From assembly GCA_947454055.1 (NCBI GenBank), contig CANGIS010000002.1:44036-108035 (forward strand): a stretch of 64,000 nt of DNA, read 5' to 3'. Under the pieces are notes generated by a model that was not told the DNA's origin, made no database searches, and was given only the letters and a program-made list of their open reading frames with translations. Each line of letters begins with the position of its first letter. Position 1 is the first letter of the stretch. The position numbers and the translations under genes are program-made. This document shows positions 38,066 to 47,125 of this stretch, piece by piece. This DNA is from Hyphomicrobiales bacterium (lineage in GTDB: Bacteria > Pseudomonadota > Alphaproteobacteria > Rhizobiales > Beijerinckiaceae).

Positions 38066-39217
38066 TCAGTCTTGTCTCAGCGAGAGCGGATTATCAAGCA
38101 TGGCCGAGCGGTCGGGCGTGTCAATCCCCGGACGGCCGAGAAAGGCGTTCCAGAGCCCCTCCACAAAGCGCTCATCAAGGTCTTTGGTGATGAAAACCAT
38201 CCGCGTACGGTGGTCGGCATCAGGCCAGGCGGCCAGCGCAACAGGGGGATGAAACACGTGCTGCACGCCGTGCAGAATAATCGGCTTATCTGGCGTCTCG
38301 GCCAGTTTGATGATGCCTTTCATCCGCAGCAATTTCTCGCCATGGGCCGAGCGCAAGAGCGATAAAAACATCTCGAAGGCAGAGGCTGGAATAGCGTCAT
38401 CGGTCGTCAGGCAAAAAGCGCGGATATGCGCATCATGCCGGTTCACATCATGCGCGTGCTGGCCTTCTGGGCCGTCATGGTGATGATGATGGTGATGGTG
38501 ATGATGGTCATGCCCATGCCCGTGGTGGTGATGATCGTGATAGGCTTCCGCATGCAACCAGCCCGCCACATCCGGTGTCTTGGTGGCAAGATCAAAAGAA
38601 CCCGTGCCGATCAAAGCTTTCGCCGATGCCTCGCCCTTTATCGCATCGAGAATAGGTGCCGCAGGATTAAGCGCCTGTAAGCGTGCCCGAAGCGCCGCCG
38701 TATCCGCCGCCAGATCGGCTTTTGTCAGCACGATCCGGTCTGCAATTGCGGCCTGTTTGACCGCTTCCATATGGTGATCAAGCGTTGCCGATCCATTGAC
38801 CGCATCAACCAAAGTCACCACGCCATCCAGCGCATAGCGAGCGGCAAGGTAGGGATGCGCTAAAAGCGATTGCAAAATGGGAGCAGGATCCGCCAACCCC
38901 GTCGTCTCGATCACGATGCGCTTGAATTCAGATATTTTGCCGGTATCGCGCTTCTTCATTAGATCATCGAGCGTATCCACAAGATCGCCCCGAATGGTGC
39001 AGCACAGACAGCCCGACGCCATCATAATCATGCCATCGTCGCGTGTCTGGATGAAAAGATGATCGAGCCCGATTTCCCCGAACTCGTTCACGATAACGAT
39101 GGAATCGGCAAGCGCCGGATCTTTCAAAAGCTGGTTGAGCAGCGTCGTTTTGCCTGCACCCAGAAATCCGGTGATGATGGTGACCGGAACGGGAGGTATG
39201 ACGCCTGAGGCCGTCAT
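38066..39217 (-). CDS. COG0523 (CobW/ZigA/YeiR-like) GTPase metallochaperone with poly-His tract
   Basis: 383 aa. It has a GFLGAGKTTLL P-loop, the GCLCCT metal-binding CXCC motif and a His-rich insert (HDHHHHGHGHDHHHHHHHHHHD). Confidence 0.88.
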   Translation of the reverse strand: MTASGVIPPVPVTIITGFLGAGKTTLLNQLLKDPALADSIVIVNEFGEIGLDHLFIQTRDDGMIMMASGCLCCTIRGDLVDTLDDLMKKRDTGKISEFKRIVIETTGLADPAPILQSLLAHPYLAARYALDGVVTLVDAVNGSATLDHHMEAVKQAAIADRIVLTKADLAADTAALRARLQALNPAAPILDAIKGEASAKALIGTGSFDLATKTPDVAGWLHAEAYHDHHHHGHGHDHHHHHHHHHHDGPEGQHAHDVNRHDAHIRAFCLTTDDAIPASAFEMFLSLLRSAHGEKLLRMKGIIKLAETPDKPIILHGVQHVFHPPVALAAWPDADHRTRMVFITKDLDERFVEGLWNAFLGRPGIDTPDRSAMLDNPLSLRQD

Positions 39218-40095
39218 ACCGTCTGTCTCCGTTCGACAAACACATTGGCGATGATCGCAAAAATCACAATCGCTCCGCCCGCATATTGGATCGGTGCCAA
39301 ACGCTCGCCAAGCACCAGAGCCGAGGTAATGGCGGCCACTACCGGCTCAAGGCAGAAGGCCAAACCCGCCACCGATGCCGAAATGCGGGCCAGCGCCAAA
39401 ACCTGAAAACCAAACCCAAACACAAACCCGCCAATCGTCAGCCAGATCGGGACCAGTGCCACCATCTGCGTATCGAGTGTCATGACCGCTCCGGTGAAAT
39501 AGAGCGTTACCAGCGCGCTCGGCAAAACAATCAGCTGCGTGATAACGAGCTTGGCCGCCGTCCCCGTTTGACGGCATCGCGTGCCCGAGAAAAATTGCAA
39601 GGCCGCCGAAACACTCGCCCCCGCTGCCAACAAAAGACCACGCGGATCAAGCCCCGCATCGGTCGAGCCTAGGACGAGAACAACGCCGATAAAAGCGACA
39701 ACGACGATGCCCATCATGGTGAGTGTCAAAGGCTTCTTGTCCACGAGCGGGCTCAAGAGAACAATCAGGATCGGGAAGGTATAAAAAATGACCGCCGCGA
39801 TCGTAATGGGGATAAAGGCTACCGAGGATAAATAGCAGATCGACACGCCCGTACTGCCAAGGCCTAAGCCAAAAAGCGGCAGACGTTCAGATTTCGGAAC
39901 GGCAAATGAGGCCCGCGTGGCGATCCCGAATACCAGCCCGATCGCGATCATCACAAGAACGCGCTCGGCCACGATCATAGGCCCGCCGACACCGAGCCCT
40001 GAGGCAATTTTGGCGAAAGTGATGTTGAACCCGTAGAAAAAGGCCCCCGATAAAGCGAGCGCAAGCCCTGCTCCGCTGCGTGAATCCCGCTCCAT
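39214..40095 (-). CDS. DMT superfamily (EamA-like) transporter
   Basis: 293 aa with about 10 hydrophobic helices, arranged as two EamA-like halves. Its stop overlaps the COG0523 gene start by 4 nt. Confidence 0.75.
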   Translation of the reverse strand: MERDSRSGAGLALALSGAFFYGFNITFAKIASGLGVGGPMIVAERVLVMIAIGLVFGIATRASFAVPKSERLPLFGLGLGSTGVSICYLSSVAFIPITIAAVIFYTFPILIVLLSPLVDKKPLTLTMMGIVVVAFIGVVLVLGSTDAGLDPRGLLLAAGASVSAALQFFSGTRCRQTGTAAKLVITQLIVLPSALVTLYFTGAVMTLDTQMVALVPIWLTIGGFVFGFGFQVLALARISASVAGLAFCLEPVVAAITSALVLGERLAPIQYAGGAIVIFAIIANVFVERRQTV

Positions 40096-40195
40096 CCCGA
40101 CCTACCTTTGTCTTCAACACACCCGCTTTATCTTTCTTCTATCCTGCAGGATGGCGTGACGAAAGACACAAAGCGGGCTAAGGGACAAAGAAAGG

Positions 40196-41098
40196 ATGCA
40201 ATCCATGACGCTCTATTGGGTTTTAGCCGCCATTATCGGCGCAGCGGGACAAACCACCCGCAACGCGATGCAGCGGAACCTGACCCAAGTGATCGGCACG
40301 GTCGGTGCCACGCAGGTTCGCTTTCTATATGGGCTTCCTTTCTCGCTGCTTTTTCTGGCAATCGTTGCAACCCTCACCCAGCATGCTGTCCCGAGCCTGA
40401 ACAGCACCATGCTTGGCTTTGCGGTGGCAGGGGCCGTCACCCAAATTTTGGCAACGGCTCTGATGTTGCTCGCCATGCGGGAACGCTCCTTTGCGGTGAC
40501 GACGGCCTATACCAAGACCGAACCCGTTCAAGTTGCCATTTTTGGTGTCGTTGTTCTGGGCGATACAATGAGTGCAATGGCAGCGATCGCCATTGTCGTT
40601 GCCACCCTTGGTGTGATTTTGATGGCCATTAAACCCGGCAATTCATGGAACGCGGATGGCTTGCGTCCCGCAGCCTATGGCATTGCATCGGGTGCCTTTT
40701 TTGCCATGTCGGCGGTTGCCTATCGCGGCGGCATTTTGGCGCTTGAGGATGTCCCCTTTGCCTTGAGGGCCAGCACAATGCTGGTCACCGCACTTTCCAT
40801 CCAGACCGTGATGCTGCTGTCCTATATGGCGATTTTTGACCGGCAGGCGTTGCTTGGCAGTTTAAAGATATGGCGGGCTTCCCTGTTGGCAGGATTTATG
40901 GGGGCCTTCGCCTCGCAAGCCTGGTTTATCGGCTTTTCACTTACCGCCGCCGCGAATGTGCGCACCTTGGGACTGGTGGAAATGATTTTCGCGCAAATCA
41001 TCACCCGGCGGGTGCTTAAAGAACAAACGGCCGGCCGCGAATGGGCCGGCATGGCACTGACCCTGATCGGTGTCGCAGCCCTGCTCGTCTTCGGCTAA
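40196..41098 (+). CDS. DMT superfamily (EamA-like) transporter
   Basis: 300-aa polytopic membrane protein, divergent from the previous gene. Confidence 0.7.
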   Translation: MQSMTLYWVLAAIIGAAGQTTRNAMQRNLTQVIGTVGATQVRFLYGLPFSLLFLAIVATLTQHAVPSLNSTMLGFAVAGAVTQILATALMLLAMRERSFAVTTAYTKTEPVQVAIFGVVVLGDTMSAMAAIAIVVATLGVILMAIKPGNSWNADGLRPAAYGIASGAFFAMSAVAYRGGILALEDVPFALRASTMLVTALSIQTVMLLSYMAIFDRQALLGSLKIWRASLLAGFMGAFASQAWFIGFSLTAAANVRTLGLVEMIFAQIITRRVLKEQTAGREWAGMALTLIGVAALLVFG

Positions 41099-41355
41099 CC
41101 CGCCCGCGCACTGATCGCCAAAGCGTGCACGCGCTCGGCGAACTCGTCTGCCAAAACCGCATTAATCGCACGATGCATATCGACCCGGCTTTTTCCAGCA
41201 AAGGCAGGGCTCGCAATGTTCACGGAAAAATGAGTCTCGCCCCCTTCGCGCGATCCGCCATGACCGGCGTGATGATGCGAATCATCCGTAACCGCCAGAA
41301 AAGACGGTGAAAAGGCCGCTGTAAGCTTGGCCTCTATTCTCTCGCGCATCGTCAT
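41095..41355 (-). CDS. bolA: BolA family protein
   Basis: 86 aa. FLAVTDDSHHHAGH...THFSVNIASPAFAGKSRVDMHRAINAVL matches the BolA pattern. Confidence 0.9.
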   Translation of the reverse strand: MTMRERIEAKLTAAFSPSFLAVTDDSHHHAGHGGSREGGETHFSVNIASPAFAGKSRVDMHRAINAVLADEFAERVHALAISARAG

Positions 41356-41438
41356 TTGACCATCTCCGATTGCCTTGTTTCGACTTAATCTCGCCTCACA
41401 ACGAAGGCAAGGCTTGCCCCGACCACCCCGCGGCGACT

Positions 41439-42074
41439 ATGACAGCATCCATGAACCCTACGTCTAAACTATTCGACAAGATTCGGATCGGTCCGCGCAA
41501 GCGTCGCATGGCCGAAGCGGCAGAGCCGCCTCGCTGTGACCGGCCCGGTTGCGAAGCACCTGCGCCGCATCGCGCTCCGCGCGGCCGCGACGCCGAAGGC
41601 AAATTCTGGAATTTCTGCATGGATCACGTGCGGGAATATAACCAGTCGTATAATTATTTCGCCGGTATGACGGACAACGCAATCTCATCCTATCAAAAGG
41701 ATGCGATGATCGGTCATCGCCCCACCTGGAAGCTCGGCGAGAACGCGGCCAGCGGCAAGCGCAGCCCGCGGACCAAAGCGCCGCCGACCGATGAGGCCTA
41801 TATCGATCCGTTTGATCTGTTCGCGGCTAGCGGCCAAAAGCGGCCTGGCCCCAAAGCGGAACCGGCCAAACCCAAATTTGGCCCTATCGCGCTCAAGGCC
41901 TTCGAGACATTATCGCTCGAGACAACGGCCGACTCGGTCACCATTCGTGTGCGTTACAAGGAGCTGGTCAAACAGTTCCATCCGGACGCCAATGGCGGCG
42001 ATCGGTCGCTGGAAGATCGGTTACGCGAAATCATTAATGCGTATAATACGTTGAAAGCGGCGGGCTTGGCCTGA
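41439..42074 (+). CDS. J-domain protein (C-terminal DnaJ domain)
   Basis: ORF 41370..42074 starts at a TTG and was trimmed to ATG 41439. The C-terminus YKELVKQFHPDANGGDRSLEDRLREIINAYNTLK contains the HPD motif. The central part has a Cys/His cluster (CDRPGCEAPAPHR...FCMDH). Confidence 0.8.
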   Translation: MTASMNPTSKLFDKIRIGPRKRRMAEAAEPPRCDRPGCEAPAPHRAPRGRDAEGKFWNFCMDHVREYNQSYNYFAGMTDNAISSYQKDAMIGHRPTWKLGENAASGKRSPRTKAPPTDEAYIDPFDLFAASGQKRPGPKAEPAKPKFGPIALKAFETLSLETTADSVTIRVRYKELVKQFHPDANGGDRSLEDRLREIINAYNTLKAAGLA

Positions 42075-42184
42075 TAGAGTGGCTTCGTCTTCCTTTGTTG
42101 GATTATCCCTGCACCCTCGGATGATGGGTTATGGTCATCCGGCAGCGGTATCAAACCGCTGCGATTTGATATGAGGTACGTTAA

Positions 42185-43168
42185 GTGACTGCCACCCATA
42201 CGGTTCCCGCCATGCCCGATATCACCGTATCGGCGCGCGACATGTTCGGCATCGACAGCGATATGATGGTTCCCGCCTACTCGGTAGCGGATGCCCATGT
42301 CCCGGACCTTGATCCCGATTATCTGTTTGATCGCCAGACCACGCTCGCCATTCTCGCTGGATTTGCGAGAAATCGCCGCGTCATGGTCAGCGGTTATCAC
42401 GGCACGGGTAAATCGACCCATATCGAGCAAATTGCCGCCCGGTTGAAATGGCCGTGTATCCGCATCAATCTCGACAGCCATGTCTCGCGCATCGATCTCG
42501 TCGGCAAAGACGCGATCGTGTTGAAAGACGGCAAGCAGATTACCGAATTCCAAGACGGCATCCTCCCTTGGGCGCTGCAAAACAACATCGCCCTTGTGTT
42601 CGACGAGTATGATGCCGGTCGCCCGGACGTGATGTTCGTGATCCAGCGCGTGCTGGAACTTTCCGGCAAGCTCACTTTGCTCGACCAGAAGCGGGTTATC
42701 CGTCCCCATCCTGCCTTCCGCCTGTTTGCAACGGCCAATACGGTCGGTTTAGGCGACACATCCGGCCTTTACCACGGCACGCAGCAGATCAATCAGGGTC
42801 AGATGGACCGTTGGTCGATTGTCACCACGCTGAATTATCTGCCGCACGACAAGGAAGTCGACATCGTGCTGGCCAAATCCAAGCACTATACGGGCAAAGA
42901 AGGCCGCGACATCGTAAACCGCATGGTGCGCCTCGCCGATCTCACCCGCTCGGCCTTTATCAATGGCGATCTATCGACGGTCATGAGCCCGCGCACGGTC
43001 ATCACCTGGGCCGAGAATGCGGATATTTTCAACGATATCGGCATGGCCTTCCGCCTGACCTTCCTGAACAAATGCGACGAGCTGGAACGGCCTCTGGTTG
43101 CCGAGTTCTATCAGCGTTCGTTCGGCGAGGAATTGCCGGAAAGTGCGCTGAATGTGGCATTGAGCTAA
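42185..43168 (+). CDS. cobS: cobaltochelatase subunit CobS (MoxR-like AAA+ ATPase)
   Basis: 327 aa with a GTG start preceded by gaggta. [31 protein letters not shown] (Walker A) and [23 protein letters not shown] are present. Confidence 0.9.
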   Translation: MTATHTVPAMPDITVSARDMFGIDSDMMVPAYSVADAHVPDLDPDYLFDRQTTLAILAGFARNRRVMVSGYHGTGKSTHIEQIAARLKWPCIRINLDSHVSRIDLVGKDAIVLKDGKQITEFQDGILPWALQNNIALVFDEYDAGRPDVMFVIQRVLELSGKLTLLDQKRVIRPHPAFRLFATANTVGLGDTSGLYHGTQQINQGQMDRWSIVTTLNYLPHDKEVDIVLAKSKHYTGKEGRDIVNRMVRLADLTRSAFINGDLSTVMSPRTVITWAENADIFNDIGMAFRLTFLNKCDELERPLVAEFYQRSFGEELPESALNVALS

Positions 43169-43195
43169 ACGCCATAGGGTAAGGAAATTGAAAAC

Positions 43196-43456
43196 GTGCC
43201 GACCATTGCCTATTTTTACGGCATCGCCATTCAGATGTTCTGGCAAGATCACGCACCGCCGCATTTCCATGCCCTGTATGGCGACGACGAAGTTCTGATT
43301 TCGATCAGGACTCTGGAAGTCTTGGAAGGCAAAATGCCTAAACGGGCCTTGGCTCTTGTTCTTGAATGGGCCCAAGAGCACCGGAACGAATTGTTAGAGG
43401 ATTGGAATTTATGCGCGACCAATCAGCACCCGAAGAAAATCGAACCTTTGCGCTAG
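43196..43456 (+). CDS. DUF4160 protein
   Basis: 86 aa. MPTIAYFYGIAIQMFWQDHAPPHFHALYGDDEVLISIRTLEVLEGKMPKRALALVLEWAQEHRNELLEDW is a near-canonical DUF4160 sequence as I remember it. Confidence 0.85.
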   Translation: MPTIAYFYGIAIQMFWQDHAPPHFHALYGDDEVLISIRTLEVLEGKMPKRALALVLEWAQEHRNELLEDWNLCATNQHPKKIEPLR

Positions 43457-43755
43457 GCGAGTTTCCCGTGTCGCGCGCACCATGGCGGGTTGCGGCGGTC
43501 GAAGTGCGCGAAGATTTTGTTCTGGCCGTTCGATTTTTGGATGGCGTTGAAGGTATGGTTGACCTCTCCGCCCTCGTCTTGTCTCCTTCGGCAGGCGTTT
43601 TTGCCGACCTTCGCGATGGATCGATTTTTGCGGCGGCACGCGTCGAAAGCGGCGCTGTGACCTGGCCAAATGGCCTCGATCTAGCCCCCGATGCGATGTA
43701 CCGCGCGATTGATCAAACCGGAACATTCCGTCCAAATCCGGAAAGAGCGGCATGA
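43411..43755 (+). CDS. DUF2442 protein
   Basis: ORF 43366..43755 trimmed to ATG 43411, which is preceded by gagga; an in-frame GTG at 43468 is an alternative start. [27 protein letters not shown]...[15 protein letters not shown] fits DUF2442. It overlaps the DUF4160 3' end, and its stop overlaps the cobT ATG (ATGA at 43752-43755). Confidence 0.75.
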   Translation: MRDQSAPEENRTFALGEFPVSRAPWRVAAVEVREDFVLAVRFLDGVEGMVDLSALVLSPSAGVFADLRDGSIFAAARVESGAVTWPNGLDLAPDAMYRAIDQTGTFRPNPERAA

Positions 43756-45638
43756 CCACCTCCAACCGCAAACCGGCTCAAGCAAAAGAAGCCCCGACTG
43801 AACCGTTCAAGCGCGCGGTGGGCGGGGCTATGCGGGCCATTGCGGGTAAAGCGGAACTCGACATCTCGTTTGCCAATGATCGTCCGGCATTGTTAGGCGA
43901 CAAAGCCCGTCTGCCGGAGCCTCCGCGCAAGATGACGGCCGCTGACGCCGCCATTGTCCGCGGCCACGCCGATTCCATGGCGCTCAGGCTTTCCTGCCAT
44001 GATGCGAATGTGCATCGCCGCATGCTGCCCGAGGGCCAGACCGCGCGTGCAGTCTATGATGCGGTTGAACAATCGCGTGTTGAATCCATCGGTTCTCGCC
44101 GCATGGAGGGCGTCGCCTCCAATATCTCGGCGATGCTGGAAGATAAATTCCATCGCGGCAATTTCCAAGATGTCCGTGACATCGCCGACGCGCCCATTGA
44201 GGACGCCATCGCCATGATCGTGCGCGAACGCCTGACCGGCATGGCACCCCCTGCTTCGGCCCGTGCGGTGGTTGATCTGTGGCGCCCGCACATTGAGGAA
44301 AAGGCTGGCGATACGCTGGATACGCTCACCGGGCGCATTGAAGATCAGAAGGCTTTTTCCCGCGTGGTTCGCGATCTCCTCGTCAAGCTCGAAATGGCCG
44401 AGCAGGCCGAAGGCGAGCCGGAAGCCGACGAGAGCGAAAACCAGGACGAGCAGCAAAGCGAGAGCGAAGAGCAAAATCAGGGCGAATCCGAAGAGCAGGC
44501 CTCAACGGAAAAAGCCGAAGCTTCAAGCGCCGAGGATTCATCCGAGGACATCGAAGACGGCACGGCTGAATCGGAAGACGGCCCGACCGGCGAAATGCCG
44601 GAAGAGCAAGAGGGCATGGATTCAGACGATGCATCGGAATCAAGCCGTCCGCCGCAGTCGTCCGGACGCGAAAGCCGTATTACCGATTACAAGCCGTTCA
44701 CCACGAAATTCGACGAGACGATTTCGGCCGAAGACCTTTGTGATGCCGAAGAGCTGACGCGCCTGCGCGCTTATCTCGACAAGCAGATCAGCCATCTGCA
44801 AGGCGTGGTCGCGCGCCTCGCAAACCGCCTGCAACGCCGCTTGATGGCGCAGCAGAACCGCGCGTGGGAGTTTGATCTCGAAGAAGGCACGCTCGACCCT
44901 GCACGCCTTCCCCGCATCGTGATCGACGCTCAGCAGCCGCTCTCCTTCAAACGCGAGAAGGATACGAATTTCCGCGACACGGTAGTCACCCTCGTGATCG
45001 ATAATTCCGGCTCGATGCGCGGCAGGCCGATTTCGGTGGCGGCCACCTGCGCCGATATTTTGGCGCGCACGCTGGAGCGTTGCGGCGTCAAGACCGAAAT
45101 TTTAGGCTTCACCACACGGGCGTGGAAAGGTGGCCAGTCCCGCGAGCTATGGCTGCAATCGGGCAAGCCGCCAATGCCCGGCCGTTTGAACGATCTGCGC
45201 CACATTATCTATAAATCGGCCGACTCGCCTTGGCGTCGGGCCCGCAAGAATTTGGGCCTGATGATGCGCGAGGGCTTGTTGAAAGAAAACATCGACGGCG
45301 AGGCGCTCGACTGGGCGCATAAGCGCCTGCTGGCCCGCCCCGAGCAGCGCAAGATTTTGATGATGATTTCGGACGGTGCGCCGGTGGATGATTCAACGCT
45401 ATCGGTTAATCCTGGCAATTACCTCGAAAAACATCTCCGCTTCATCATCGAAGAGATTGAATCACGCTCACCCGTCGAGCTGATCGCCATCGGCATCGGG
45501 CATGACGTCACGCGCTATTACAAGCGCGCAGTGACGATTGTAGACGCCGAGGAATTGGGCGGCGCCATGACCGAAAAGCTCGCCGAACTGTTTGAAGAAA
45601 ACGCACCAACGCGCGGGCGCGGCAAAAAGGCCGCTTGA
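43752..45638 (+). CDS. cobT: cobaltochelatase subunit CobT (acidic linker plus C-terminal vWA domain)
   Basis: 628 aa with a CobT N-terminal region. It has an acidic tract ([30 protein letters not shown]...) and a vWA domain ([15 protein letters not shown]). Confidence 0.9.
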   Translation: MTTSNRKPAQAKEAPTEPFKRAVGGAMRAIAGKAELDISFANDRPALLGDKARLPEPPRKMTAADAAIVRGHADSMALRLSCHDANVHRRMLPEGQTARAVYDAVEQSRVESIGSRRMEGVASNISAMLEDKFHRGNFQDVRDIADAPIEDAIAMIVRERLTGMAPPASARAVVDLWRPHIEEKAGDTLDTLTGRIEDQKAFSRVVRDLLVKLEMAEQAEGEPEADESENQDEQQSESEEQNQGESEEQASTEKAEASSAEDSSEDIEDGTAESEDGPTGEMPEEQEGMDSDDASESSRPPQSSGRESRITDYKPFTTKFDETISAEDLCDAEELTRLRAYLDKQISHLQGVVARLANRLQRRLMAQQNRAWEFDLEEGTLDPARLPRIVIDAQQPLSFKREKDTNFRDTVVTLVIDNSGSMRGRPISVAATCADILARTLERCGVKTEILGFTTRAWKGGQSRELWLQSGKPPMPGRLNDLRHIIYKSADSPWRRARKNLGLMMREGLLKENIDGEALDWAHKRLLARPEQRKILMMISDGAPVDDSTLSVNPGNYLEKHLRFIIEEIESRSPVELIAIGIGHDVTRYYKRAVTIVDAEELGGAMTEKLAELFEENAPTRGRGKKAA

Positions 45639-45645
45639 AACAGGG

Positions 45646-45939
45646 TTATACCAATTCAATCCGTAATTTCCGGCCTACGGCGTTAGCCGCACGGCGTAAT
45701 GTGCTCAGTGTCAGCGAGCCATTTTCAGGGTCCAGAAGACGGTCTAACTGACGCCGATCGGTCTTCATCCGCGTGGCCATCATCGTCTTGGTAATGCCTT
45801 TTTCTTTCATCGCTTCAGCAATTTGCCAAGCAAGCACACGCTTGAGAGCTGTTTCTTCCGCATCCTCCAGCATGCCTTGGCTGGCAAGAAAATCGTCAAA
45901 AGACTCGTCGCTGATCCGACCTTTGATGCTTTCCGTCAT
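45646..45939 (-). CDS. helix-turn-helix antitoxin (HigA/XRE-like)
   Basis: 97 aa. GITKTMMATRMKTDRRQLDRLLDPENGSLTLSTLRRAANAVGRKLRIELV is an HTH domain. Its ATG overlaps the stop of the upstream toxin reading frame (ATGA). Confidence 0.75.
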   Translation of the reverse strand: MTESIKGRISDESFDDFLASQGMLEDAEETALKRVLAWQIAEAMKEKGITKTMMATRMKTDRRQLDRLLDPENGSLTLSTLRRAANAVGRKLRIELV

Positions 45940-46287
45940 AGATCGATCTCCTTTCGACGCTTACTTGCTAACTCAATATCGCTTTTCGCCGTTTTCTGCG
46001 TTTTCTTGGTGAACCCGTGCAACAGCACCATTTCATTCCGTATCATACAGAAGATAACGCGCCCGATTACGCCATTCGGAAAATGGCTACGAACTTCCCA
46101 CAGCCCATGTCCAAGCTGTCGACAGGTCGGCATTCCAAGAGGCCAACCCAATTCAACCGTCTCAATATCATAGCCAACAATCCGACGGTTTTCGGGCACC
46201 AATTCCAACAGCCACGCACGAACAGGCTTATGCCCTGTATCAGTCTCATAAAAACGTGCCGTTAGCTTTTTTGGCGGTTGTTTTCAT
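45936..46287 (-). pseudogene. RelE/HigB-family (Gp49/DUF891-like) toxin interrupted by a 1-nt insertion in an A6 run
   Basis: The ATG at 46287-46285 opens MKTTAKKANGTFL*. The +1 frame is open from 46283 to 45936 and reads ...KKLTARFYETDTGHKPVRAWLLELVPENRR...LLHGFTKKTQKTAKSDIELASKRRKEIDL, but has no ATG or GTG before the TTG at 46208. The frames switch at the plus-strand T6 run 46267-46272, and the 352-nt span is not a multiple of 3. Confidence 0.65.
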
Positions 46288-46291
46288 CCTG

Positions 46292-46323
46292 CAATACGTG
46301 TCATTTTTGACACGTATTGTCAA
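46292..46323 (-). promoter_or_regulatory. perfect 12-4-12 palindrome (candidate TA operator) overlapping a TTGACA -35-like box
   Basis: caatacgtgtca (46292-46303), tttt, tgacacgtattg (46308-46319). The minus strand reads cTTGACAatacgtgtcaaaaatgacacgtattgcaggATG, so the palindrome ends 5 nt upstream of the toxin ATG. Confidence 0.6.
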
Positions 46324-46353
46324 GCCGTTCGAGGAATGATTTCTCGAACGGCT
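46323..46353 (-). terminator. hairpin downstream of yhhQ (no U-run)
   Basis: Perfect 11-bp stem agccgttcgag (46323-46333) / ctcgaacggct (46343-46353) with a 9-nt loop. Confidence 0.35.
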
Positions 46354-46378
46354 ATGACGAGATCAATATCATGAGAGC

Positions 46379-47029
46379 TTAAACGGCAGCTTTGTCGGTC
46401 CGTTCCATCGGCAAAATCGCGCTCATCAGCGCCCCGTAAGGGATCAGCGCCAGCAGAGCGACCAACATCTTCACCGAGAAATCAAAGATCGCCAGACTTT
46501 GCCAACGTAAGAATTCGTGTCCCACAAGGCCAACCGCCTCGGCCATATAGGCAAGATCATCCGGATTGGTTTGCAAAACGTTGTCAAGCGAGGCTGGAAA
46601 GACATTCGCAAAGGCCAGCGAGAAGAAAAGCGCCGTATCGAGCGCTGACCCGACCACGCTACCCGCCAGCGGCGCGTGCCACCAGCTTTGACGTCGCAGG
46701 CGGTTGAACACCGTAATGTCGAGAAGCTGACCGACGAGGAAGGCCGTTCCGGAGGCCAGTGCGATCCGCGGCGTCGCCAGCCAGATCGACAGCACAACGG
46801 CGATGATGAAGCCCACAATGACCAATTGGCGGGCGGTTGCAGACCCGTAGCGGCGATTGGTCAGATCCGTCACCAGAAAAGCGACCGGATAAGAGAACGC
46901 GCCCCAAGTGAGATAATCACCCAGACCAAACGGCTCAAACGGATATTGGACGAGGATGTTGGAGGCCACGACAACAAGGGTCATGGCCAAAACCGGCACG
47001 ATAAGCCGGCGAAACGGCAGCGCGATCAT
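46379..47029 (-). CDS. yhhQ: queuosine-precursor transporter (YhhQ/VUT family)
   Basis: 216-aa polytopic protein. SNILVQYPF...YLTWGAFSYPVAFLVTDLTNRRYG and LLDITVFNRLR fit YhhQ. Confidence 0.8.
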   Translation of the reverse strand: MIALPFRRLIVPVLAMTLVVVASNILVQYPFEPFGLGDYLTWGAFSYPVAFLVTDLTNRRYGSATARQLVIVGFIIAVVLSIWLATPRIALASGTAFLVGQLLDITVFNRLRRQSWWHAPLAGSVVGSALDTALFFSLAFANVFPASLDNVLQTNPDDLAYMAEAVGLVGHEFLRWQSLAIFDFSVKMLVALLALIPYGALMSAILPMERTDKAAV

Positions 47030-47125
47030 GATAGGCTTCCTTCAGCTGACGGCAGAGCACCGACGCATCATCGTTTGGAACGAATGGCAGACGGCAAAGG
47101 GCCGACGCCGATAGGCAAGCAAATA

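Noticed and set aside
38426-38680. 84-aa ORF (MRIMPVHIM...MVMMMVMVMMVMPMPVVVMIV)
   Set aside because: It is the mirror image of the poly-His codon run (cat/cac read on the opposite strand as atg/gtg) within the COG0523 gene, so it is not an independent gene.
47030-47125. preQ1 riboswitch upstream of the queuosine-precursor transporter yhhQ
   Set aside because: The 96-nt spacer after rpmB shows no preQ1-I or preQ1-II-like conserved core that I can recognise. yhhQ is probably co-transcribed with rpmB. An Rfam scan would settle it.
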